Below are positions 15,001-26,846 of a DNA stretch of 34,727 nt, one piece after another. The stretch spans positions 1 through 34,727 of the forward strand of contig NEEC01000492.1 of the NCBI GenBank assembly GCA_002189035.1, written 5' to 3'. The translations under genes were made by a program, and so were the position numbers. The notes under the pieces are model-generated. The model saw only the letters and a list, made by a program, of their open reading frames with translations. It searched no databases and was not told the DNA's origin. This stretch comes from Utricularia gibba (taxonomy: Eukaryota > Plantae > Magnoliophyta). Each line of letters begins with the position of its first letter. Position 1 is the stretch's first letter.

Positions 15001-18000
15001 CCGCCCAAAAACGACAAGCTTTTCCTTGAGAAACCATGTAGGCAGCCAATTAAAACCCAACGTTAAGAAATGCATCAAGTTTTTTGCCGAGCCACAAATG
15101 ACTATGGGCCCGAGCTCGACTCGACCTCCTTCTCGATACCGTTGCCCACGAGAGCGCCTCCTCAGATATAAAGCATGCGGTTGAGAAAACCATTTTGGGT
15201 GCTCATGACATCCTAACTTCAATAAGTGCAGCACGATTTTCGTCGAGTAGGACCCGATGTGGCAAAGGAGTCAGACCGAACTTGGGTCAGAACGAAGTTC
15301 ACAACGACATCACCGCCCAAAAACGACAAGCTTTTCCTTGAGAAACCATGTAGGCAGCCAATTAAAACCCAACGTTAAGAAATGCATCAAGTTTTTGCCG
15401 AGCTACAAATGACTATGGGCCCGAGCTCGACTCGACTCCTTCTCGATACGTTGCCCACGAGAGCGCCTCTCAATATAAAGCATGCGGTTGAGAAAACCAT
15501 TTTGGGTGCTCATGACATCCTAACTTCAATAAGTGCATCACGATTTTCGTCGAGTAGGACCCGATGTGGCAAAGGAACCTTGGGTCAGAACGAAGTTCAC
15601 AACGACATCACCGCCAAAAAAACGACAAGCTTTTCCTTGAGAAACCATGTAGGCAGCCAATTAAAACCCAACGTTAAGAAATGCATCAAGTTTTTTGCCG
15701 AGCTACAAATGACTATGGGCCCGAGCTCGACTCGACCTCCTTCTCGATACCGTTGCCCCACGAGAGCGCCTCCTCAGATATAAAGCATGCGGTTGAGAAA
15801 ACCATTTTGGGTGCTTATGACATCCTAACTTCAATAAGTGCATCACGATTTTCGTCGAGTAGGACCCGATGTGGCAAAGGAGTCAGACCGAACCTTGGGT
15901 CAGAACGAAGTTCACAACGACATCACCGCCCAAAACGACAAGCTTTTCCTTGAGAAACCATGTAGGCAGCCAATTAAAACCAACGTTAAGAAATGCATCA
16001 AGTTTTTTGCCGAGCTACAAATGACTATGGGCCGAGCTCGACTCGACCTCCTTCTCGATACCGTTGCCCCACGAGAGCGCCCTCAGATATAAAGCATGCG
16101 GTTGAGAAAACCATTTTGGGTGCTCATGACCTAACTTCAATAAGTGCATCACGATTTTCGTCGAGTAGGACCCGATGTGGCAAAGGAGTCAGACCGAACC
16201 TTGGGTCAGAACGAAGTTCACAACGACATCACCCGCCCAAAAACGACAAGCTTTTCCTTGAGAAACCATGTAGGCAGCCAATTAAAACCCAACGTTAAGA
16301 AATGCATCAAGTTTTTTGCCGAGCACAAATGACTATGGGCCGAGCTCGACTCGACCTCGATACCGTTGCCCACGAGAGCGCCTTATCAAATATAAAGCAT
16401 GCGGTTGAGAAAACATTTTTGGGTGCTCATGACATCCTAACTTCAATAAGTGCATCACGATTTTCGTCGAGTAGGACCGATGTGGCAAAGGAGTCAGACC
16501 GAACCTTGGGTCAGAACGAAGTTCACAACGACATCACCCGCCCAAAAACGACAAGCTTTTCCTTGAGAAACCATGTAGGCAGCCAATTAAAACCAACGTT
16601 AAGAAATGCATCAAGTTTTTTGCCGAGCCACAAATGACTATGGGCCCGAGCTCGACTCGACCCCTGCTCGATACCGTTGCCCCACGAGAGCGCCTTCAAA
16701 TATAAAGCATGCGGTTGAGAAAACCATTTGGGTGCTCATGACATCCTAACTTCAATAAGTGCAGCACGATTTTCGTCGAGTAGGACCCGATGTGGCAAAG
16801 GAGTCAGACTTGGGTCAGAACGAAGTTCACAACGACATCACCCGCCAAAAAACGACAAGCTTTTCCTTGAGAAACCATGTAGGCAGCCAATTAAAACCCA
16901 ACGTTAAGAAATGCATCAAGTTTTTTGCCGAGCACAAATGACTATGGCCCGAGCTCGACTCGACCTCCTCTCGATACCGTTGCCACGAGAGCGCCTCCTC
17001 AGATATAAAGCATGCGGTTGAGAAAACCATTTTGGGTGCTCATGACATCCTAACTTCAATAAGTGCATCACGATTTTCGTCGAGTAGGACCCGATGTGGC
17101 AAAGGAACCAGAACGAAGTTCACAACGACATCACCCGCCCAAAACGACAAGCTTTTCCTTGAGAAACCATGTAGGCAGCCAATTAAAACCAACGTTAAGA
17201 AATGCATCAAGTTTTTTGCCGAGCACAAATGACTATGGCCCGAGCTCGACTCGACGATACCGTTGCCCCACGAGAGCGCCTCCTCAGATATAAAGCATGC
17301 GGTTGAGAAAACCATTTTGCTTGACATCCTAACTTCAATAAGTGCATCACGATTTTCGTCGACCGATGTGGCAAAGGAGTCAGACGAACAGAACGAAGTT
17401 CACAACGACATGCCCAAAAACGACAAGCTTTTCCTTGAGAAACCATGTAGGCAGCCATTAAAACCAACGTTAAGAAATGCATCAAGTTTTTTGCGAGCTA
17501 CAAATGACTATGGGCCCGAGCTCGACTCGACCTCCTTCTCGATACCGTTGCCCCACGAGAGCGCTCCTCAGATATAAAGCATGCGGTTGAGAAAACCATT
17601 TTGGGTGCTCATGACATCCTAACTTCAATAAGTGCAGCACGATTTTCGTCGAGTAGGACCCGATGTGGCAAAGGAGTCAGACCGAACCTTGGGTCAGAAC
17701 GAAGTTCACAACGACATCACCCGCCCAAAAAACGACAAGCTTTTCCTTGAGAAACCATGTAGGCAGCCAATTAAAACCCAACGTTAAGAAATGCATCAAT
17801 TTTTTGCCGAGCCACAAATGACTATGGCCCGAGCTCGACTCGACCTCCTTCTCGATACCGTTGCCCCACGAGAGCGCCTCCTCAGATATAAAGCATGCGG
17901 TTGAGAAAACCATTTTGGGTGCTCATGACATCCTAACTTCAATAAGTGCAGCACGATTTTCGTCGAGTAGGACCCGATGTGGCAAAGGAACCTTGGGTCA

Positions 18001-21000
18001 GAACGAAGTTCACAACGACATCACCCGCCAAAAAACGACAAGCTTTTCCTTGAGAAACCATGTAGGCAGCCAATTAAAACCCAACGTTAAGAAATGCATC
18101 AAGTTTTTTGCGAGCTACAAATGACTATGGGCCCGAGCTCGACTCGACCTCCTTCTCGATACCGTTGCCCACGAGAGCGCCTCCTCAGATATAAAGCATG
18201 CGGTTGAGAAAACCATTTTGGGTGCTCATGACATCCTAACTTCAATAAGTGCAGCACGATTTTCGTCGAGTAGGACCCGATGTGGCAAAGGAGTCAGACC
18301 GAACTTGGGTCAGAACGAAGTTCACAACGACATCACCCGCCAAAACGACAAGCTTTTCCTTGAGAAACCATGTAGGCAGCCAATTAAAACCCAACGTTAA
18401 GAAATGCATCAAGTTTTTTGCCGAGCTACAAATGACTATGGGCCCGAGCTCGACTCGACTCCTTCTCGATACCGTTGCCCCACGAGAGCGCCTCCTCAGA
18501 TATAAAGCATGCGGTTGAGAAAACCATTTTGGGTGCTCATGACATCCTAACTTCAATAAGCAGCACGATTTTCGTCGAGTAGGACCCGATGTGGCAAAGG
18601 AGTCAGACCGAACCTTGGGTCAGAACGAAGTTCACAACGACATCACCCGCCCAAAACGACAAGCTTTTCCTTGAGAAACCATGTAGGCAGCCAATTAAAA
18701 CCCAACGTTAAGAAATGCATCAAGTTTTTTGCCGAGCCACAAATGACTATGGGCCCGAGCTCGACTCGACCTCCTCTCGATACCGTTGCCCCACGAGAGC
18801 GCCTTCAGATATAAAGCATGCGGTTGAGAAACCATTTTGGGTGCTCATGACATCTAACTTCAATAAGTGCAGCACGATTTTCGTCGAGTAGGACCCGATG
18901 TGGCAAAGGAACCTTGGGTCAGAACGAAGTTCACAACGACATCAGCCCAAAAACGACAAGCTTTTCCTTGAGAAACCATGTAGGCAGCCAATTAAAACCC
19001 AACGTTAAGAAATGCATCAAGTTTTTTTGCCGAGCCACAAATGACTATGGGCCCGAGCTCGACTCGACCTCCTTCTCGATACCGTTGCCCACGAGAGCGC
19101 CTCCTCAGATATAAAGCATGCGGTTGAGAAAACCATTTTGGGTGCTCATGACATCCTAACTTCAATAAGTGCACGATTTCGTCGAGTAGGACCCGATGTG
19201 GCAAAGGAGTCAGGAACCTTGGGTCAGAACGAAGTTCACAACGACATCACCGCCCAAAAACGACAAGCTTTTCCTTGAGAAACCATGTAGGCAGCCAATT
19301 AAAACCCAACGTTAAGAAATGCATCAAGTTTTTTGCCGAGCTACAAATGACTATGGGCCCGAGCTCGACTCGACCTCCTTCTCGATACCGTTGCCCCACG
19401 AGAGCGCCTCCTCAGATATAAAGCATGCGGTTGAGAAAACCATTTTGGGTGCTCATGACATCCTAACTTCAATAAGTGCAGCACGATTTTCGTCGAGTAG
19501 GACCCGATGTGGCAAAGGAACCTTGGGTCAGAACGAAGTTCACAACGACATCACCCGCCCAAAAACGACAAGCTTTTCCTTGAGAAACCATGTAGGCAGC
19601 CAATTAAAACCCAACGTTAAGAAATGCATCAAGTTTTTTTGCCGAGCTACAAATGACTATGGGCCCGAGCTCGACTCGACCTCCTTCTCGATACCGTTGC
19701 CCACGAGAGCGCCTCCTCAGATATAAAGCATGCGGTTGAGAAACCATTTTGGGTGCTTATGACATCCTAACTTCAATAAGTGCATCACGATTTTTCGTCG
19801 AGTAGGACCCGATGTGGCAAAGGAGTCAGACCGAACCTTGGGTCAGAACGAAGTTCACAACGACATCACCAGCCCAAAAACGACAAGCTTTTCCTTGAGA
19901 AACCATGTAGGCAGCCAATTAAAACCCAACGTTAAGAAATGCATCAAGTTTTTTGCCGAGCCACAAATGACTATGGGCCCGAGCTCGACTCGACCTCCTT
20001 CTCGATACCGTTGCCCCACGAGAGCGCCTCCTCAGATATAAAGCATGCGGTTGAGAAAACCATTTTGGGTGCTCATGACATCCTAACTTCAATAAGTGCA
20101 GCACGATTTTCGTCGAGTAGGACCCGATGTGGCAAAGGAACCTTGGGTCAGAACGAAGTTCACAACGACACCCGCCCAAAAACGACAAGCTTTTCCTTGA
20201 GAAACCATGTAGGCAGCCAATTAAAACCCAACGTTAAGAAATGCATCAAGTTTTTTGCCGAGCCACAAATGACTATGGGCCCGAGCTCGACTCGACCTCC
20301 TTCTCGATACCGTTGCCCCACGAGAGCGCCTCCTCAGATATAAAGCATGCGGTTGAGAAAACCATTTTGGGTGCTCATGACATCCTAACTTCAATAAGTG
20401 CATCACGATTTCGTCGAGTAGGACCCGATGTGGCAAAGGAGTCAGACCGAACCTTGGGTCAGAACGAAGTTCACAACGACATCACCGCCCAAAAACGACA
20501 AGCTTTTCCTTGAGAAACCATGTAGGCAGCCAATTAAAACCCAACGTTAAGAAATGCATCAAGTTTTTTGCCGAGCCACAAATGACTATGGGCCCGAGCT
20601 CGACTCGACCTCGATACCGTTGCCCACGAGAGCGCCTCCTCAGATATAAAGCATGCGGTTGAGAAAACCATTTTGGGTGCTCATGACATCCTAACTTCAA
20701 TAAGTGCAGCACGATTTCGTCGAGTAGGACCCGATGTGGCAAAGGAGTCACCGAACCTTGGGTCAGAACGAAGTTCACAACGACATCACCCGCCCAAAAA
20801 CGACAAGCTTTTCCTTGAGAAACCATGTAGGCAGCCAATTAAAACCCAACGTTAAGAAATGCATCAAGTTTTTTGCCGAGCTACAAATGACTATGGGCCC
20901 GAGCTCGACTCGACCTCCTTCTCGATACCGTTGCCCCACGAGAGCGCCTCCTCAGATATAAAGCATGCGGTTGAGAAAACCATTTTGGGTGCTCATGACA

Positions 21001-24000
21001 TCCTAACTTCAATAAGTGCATCACGATTTTCGTCGAGTAGGACCCGATGTGGCAAAGGAACCTTGGGTCAGAACGAAGTTCACAACGACATCACCAGCCC
21101 AAAAACGACAAGCTTTTCCTTGAGAAACCATGTAGGCAGCCAATTAAAACCAACGTTAAGAAATGCATCAAGTTTTTTGCCGAGCTACAAATGACTATGG
21201 GCCCGAGCTCGACTCGACCTCCTTCTCGATACCGTTGCCCACGAGAGAGCCTCCTCAGATATAAAAGCATGCGGTTGAGAAAACCATTTTGGGTGCTCAT
21301 GACATCCTAACTTCAATAAGTGCATCACGATTTTCGTCGAGTAGGACCCGATGTGGCAAAGGAGTCAGACCGAACCTTGGGTCAGAACGAAGTTCACAAC
21401 GACATCACCCGCCCAAAAACGACAAGCTTTTCCTTGAGAAACCATGTAGGCAGCCAATTAAAACCCAACGTTAAGAAATGCATCAAGTTTTTTGCCGAGC
21501 TACAAATGACTATGGGCCCGAGCTCGACTCGACCTCCTTCTCGATACCGTTGCCCACGAGAGCGCCTCCTCAGATATAAAGCATGCGGTTGAGAAAACCA
21601 TTTTGGGTGCTTATGACATCCTAACTTCAATAAGTGCATCACGATTTTCGTCGAGTAGGACCCGATGTGGCAAAGGAGTCAGACCGAACCTTGGGTCAGA
21701 ACGAAGTTCACAACGACATCACCCCCCAAAAACGACAAGCTTTTCCTTGAGAAACCATGTAGGCAGCCAATTAAAACCCAACGTTAAGAAATGCATCAAG
21801 TTTTTTGCCGAGCCACAAATGACTATGGGCCCGAGCTCGACTCGACCTCCTTCTCGATACCGTTGCCCCACGAGAGCGCCTCCTCAGATAAAAGCATGCG
21901 GTTGAGAAAACCATTTTGGGTGCTCATGACATCCTAACTTCAATAAGTGCACACGATTTTCGTCGAGTAGGACCGATGTGGCAAAAGAACCTTGGGTCAG
22001 AACGAAGTTCACAACGACATCACCCGCCCAAAAACGACAAGCTTTTCCTTGAGAAACCATGTAGGCAGCCAATTAAAACCCAACGTTAAGAAATGCATCA
22101 AGTTTTTTGCCGAGCTACAAATGACTATGGGCCCGAGCTCGACTCGACCTCCTTCTCGATACCGTTGCCCACGAGAGCGCCTCCTCAGATATAAAGCATG
22201 CGGTTGAGAAAACCATTTTGGGTGCTCATGACATCCTAACTTCAATAAGTGCATCACGATTTTCGTCGAGTAGGACCCGATGTGGCAAAGGAGTCAGACC
22301 GAACCTTGGGTCAGAACGAAGTTCACAACGACATCACCCGCCCAAAAACGACAAGCTTTTCCTTGAGAAACCATGTAGGCAGCCAATTAAAACCCAACGT
22401 TAAGAAATGCATCAAGTTTTTTGCCGAGCCACAAATGACTATGGGCCCGAGCTCGACTCGACCCCTTCTCGATACCGTTGCCCACGAGAGCGCCTCCTCA
22501 GATATAAAGCATGCGGTTGAGAAAACCATTTTGGGTGCTCATGACATCCTAACTTCAATAAGTGCAGCACGATTTCGTCGAGTAGGACCCGATGTGGCAA
22601 AGGAGTCAGACCGAACTTGGGTCAGAACGAAGTTCACAACGACATCACCGCCCAAAAAACGACAAGCTTTTCCTTGAGAAACCATGTAGGCAGCCAATTA
22701 AAAACCCAACGTTAAGAAATGCATCAAGTTTTTTGCCGAGCTACAAATGACTATGGGCCCGAGCTCGACTCGACCTCCTTCTCGATACCGTTGCCCCACG
22801 AGAGCGCCTCCTCAGATATAAAGCATGCGGTTGAGAAAACCATTTTGGGTGCTCATGACATCCTAACTTCAATAAGTGCAGCACGATTTTCGTCGAGTAG
22901 GACCCGATGTGGCAAAGGAACCTTGGGTCAGAACGAAGTTCACAACGACATCACCCGCCCAAAAACGACAAGCTTTTCCTTGAGAAACCATGTAGGCAGC
23001 CAATTAAAACCCAACGTTAAGAAATGCATCAAGTTTTTTGCCGAGCTACAAATGACTATGGGCCCGAGCTCGACTCGACCTCCTTCTCGATACCGTTGCC
23101 ACGAGAGCGCGCCTCAGATATAAAGCATGCGGTTGAGAAAACCATTTTGGGTGCTCATGACATCCTAACTTCAATAAGTGCAGCACGATTTTCGTCGAGT
23201 AGGACCCGATGTGGCAAAGGAGTCAGACTTTGGGTCAGAACGAAGTTCACAACGACATCACCCGCCCAAAACGACAAGCTTTTCCTTGAGAAACCATGTA
23301 GGCAGCCAATTAAAACCCAACGTTAAGAAATGCATCAAGTTTTTTGCCGAGCTACAAATGACTATGGGCCCGAGCTCGACTCGACTCCTTCTCGATACCG
23401 TTGCCCCACGAGAGCGCCTCCTCAGATATAAAGCATGCGGTTGAGAAAACCATTTTGGGTGCTCATGACATCCTAACTTCAATAAGTGCATCACGATTTT
23501 CGTCGAGTAGGACCGATGTGGCAAAGGAGTCAGACCTTGGGTCAGAACGAAGTTCACAACGACATCACGCCCCAAAAACGACAAGCTTTTCCTTGAGAAA
23601 CCATGTAGGCAGCCAATTAAAACCCAACGTTAAGAAATGCATCAAGTTTTTTGCCGAGCCACAAATGACTATGGGCCCGAGCTCGACTCGACTCCTTCTC
23701 GATACCGTTGCCCCACGAGAGCGCCTCCTCAGATATAAAGCATGCGGTTGAGAAAACCATTTTGGGTGCTCATGACATCCTAACTTCAATAAGTGCAGCA
23801 CGATTTTCGTCGAGTAGGACCCGATGTGGCAAGGAACCTTGGGTCAGAACGAAGTTCACAACGACATCACCCGCCCAAAAACGACAAGCTTTTCCTTGAG
23901 AAACCATGTAGGCAGCCAATTAAAACCCAACGTTAAGAAATGCATCAAGTTTTTTGCCGAGCTACAAATGACTATGGGCCCGAGCTCGACTCGACCTCCT

Positions 24001-26541
24001 TCTCGATACCGTTGCCCCACGAGAGCGCCTCCTCAGATATAAGCATGCGGTTGAGAAAACCATTTTGGGTGCTCATGACATCCTAACTTCAATAAGTGCA
24101 GCACGATTTCGTCGAGTAGGACCCGATGTGGCAAAGGAGTCAAACCGAACCTTGGGTCAGAACGAAGTTCACAACGACATCACCCGCCCAAAAACGACAA
24201 GCTTTTCCTTGAGAAACCATGTAGGCAGCCAATTAAAACCCAACGTTAAGAAATGCATCAAGTTTTTTGCCGAGCCACAAATGACTATGGGCCCGAGCTC
24301 GACTCGACCTCCTTCTCGATACCGTTGCCCCACGAGAGCGCCTCCTCAGATATAAAGCATGCGGTTGAGAAACCATTTTGGGTGCTCATGACATCCTAAC
24401 TTCAATAAGTGCAGCACGATTTTCGTCGAGTAGGACCGATGTGGCAAAGGAACCTTGGGTCAGAACGAAGTTCACAACGACATCACCCCCCAAAAACGAC
24501 AAGCTTTTCCTTGAGAAACCATGTAGGCAGCCAATTAAAACCCAACGTTAAGAAATGCATCAAGTTTTTTGCCGAGCCACAAATGACTATGGGCCGAGCT
24601 CGACTCGACCTCCTTCCCCCTTCCTCCCATATATGCCCTTGACTTTCTCATGACATCCTAACTTCAATAAGTGCAGCACGATTTTCGTCGAGTAGGACCC
24701 GATGTGGCAAAGGAGTCAGACCGAACCTTGGGTCAGAACGAAGTTCACAACGACATCACCGCCCAAAAAACGACAAGCTTTTCCTTGAGAAACCATGTAG
24801 GGCAAATTAAAACCAACGTTAGAAAATGCATCAAGTTTTTTGCCGAGCCACAATGACTATGGGCCCCGACTCGCTCGATTTCTCGATACCGTTGCCCACG
24901 AGAGCGCCTCCTCAGATATAAAGCATGCGGTTGAGAAACCATTTTGGGTGCTCATGACATCCTAACTTCAATAAGTGCAGCACGATTTTCGTCGAGTAGG
25001 ACCGATGTGGCAAAGGAAGGAACCTTGGGTCAGAACGAAGTTCACAACGACATCACCCGCCCAAAAACGACAAGCTTTTCCTTGAGAAACCATGTAGGCA
25101 GCCAATTAAAACCCAACGTTAAGAAATGCATCAAGTTTTTGCCGAGCTACAAATGACTATGGGCCGAGCTCGACTCGACCTCCTTCTCGATACGTTGCCC
25201 ACGAGAGCGCCTCCTCAGATATAAAGCATGCGGTTGAGAAAACCATTTTGGGTGCTCATGACATCCTAACTTCAATAAGTGCAGCACGATTTTCGTCGAG
25301 TAGGACCCGATGTGGCAAAGGAACCTTGGGTCAGAACGAAGTTCACAACGACATCACCGCCCAAAACGACAAGCTTTTCCTTGAGAAACCATGTAGGCAG
25401 CCAATTAAAACCCAACGTTAAGAAATGCATCAAGTTTTTTGCCGAGCCACAAATGACTATGGGCCCGAGCTCGACTCGACCTCCTTCTCGATACCGTTGC
25501 CCCACGAGAGCGCCTCCTCAGATATAAAGCATGCGGTTGAGAAAACCATTTTGGGTGCTCATGACATCCTAACTTCAATAAGTGCAGCACACGATTTTCG
25601 TCGAGTAGGACCCGATGTGGCAAAGGAACCTTGGGTCAGAACGAAGTTCACAACGACATCACCGCCCAAAAACGACAAGCTTTTCCTTGAGAAACCATGT
25701 AGGCAGCCAATTAAAACCCAACGTTAAGAAATGCATCAAGTTTTTTGCCGAGCCAAAAAATGACTATGGGCCCGAGCTCGACTCGACCTCCTTCTCGATA
25801 CCGTTGCCCGAGAGCGCCTCCTCAGATATAAAGCATGCGGTTGAGAAAACCATTTTGGGTGCTCATGACATCCTAACTTCAATAAGTGCAGCACGATTTT
25901 CGTCGAGTAGGACCCGATGTGGCAAAGGAAACCTTGGGTCAGAACGAAGTTCACAACGACATCACCCCCAAAAACGACAAGCTTTTCCTTGAGAAACCAT
26001 GTAGGCAGCCAATTAAAACCCAACGTTAAGAAATGCATCAAGTTTTTTGCCGAGCCACAAATGACTATGGGCCCGAGCTCGACTCGACCTCCTTCTCGAT
26101 ACCGTTGCCCCACGAGAGCGCCTCCTCAGATATAAAGCATGCGGTTGAGAAAACCATTTTGGGTGCTCATGACATCCTAACTTCAATAAGTGCAGCACGA
26201 TTTTCGTCGAGTAGGACCCGATGTGGCAAAGGAGTCAGACCGAACCTTGGGTCAGAACGAAGTTCACAACGACATCACCCGCCAAAAACGACAAGCTTTT
26301 CCTTGAGAAACCATGTAGGCAGCCAATTAAAACCCAACGTTAAGAAATGCATCAAGTTTTTTGCCGAGCACAAATGACTATGGGCCCGAGCTCGACTCGA
26401 CCTCCTTCTCGATACCGTTGCCCCACGAGAGCGCCTCCTCAGATATAAAGCATGCGGTTGAGAAAACCATTTTGGGTGCTCATGACATCCTAACTTCAAT
26501 AAGTGCAGCACGATTTTTCGTCGAGTAGGACCCGATGTGGC

Positions 26542-26846
26542 AAAGGAACCTTGGGTCAGAACGAAGTTCACAACGACATCACCCGCCAAAAAACGACAAG
26601 CTTTTCCTTGAGAAACCATGTAGGCAGCCAATTAAAACCCAACGTTAAGAAATGCATCAAGTTTTTTGCCGAGCTACAAATGACTATGGGCCCGAGCTCG
26701 ACTCGACCTCCTTCTCGATACCGTTGCCCCACGAGAGCGCCTCCTCAGATATAAAGCATGCGGTTGAGAAAACCATTTTGGGTGCTCATGACATCCTAAC
26801 TTCAATAAGTGCATCACGATTTTCGTCGAGTAGGACCCGATGTGGC
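26542..26846 (+). repeat. Representative short (S) monomer, 305 bp, lacking GTCAGACCGA
   Basis: The unit starts AAAGGAACCTTGGG instead of AAAGGAGTCAGACCGAACCTTGGG, and the next unit starts at 26847. The same junction recurs in roughly 30-35 units, e.g. 14661, 17984, 18905, 19514, 20134, 21054, 22914, 28701, 30241 and 34550. Confidence 0.9.
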
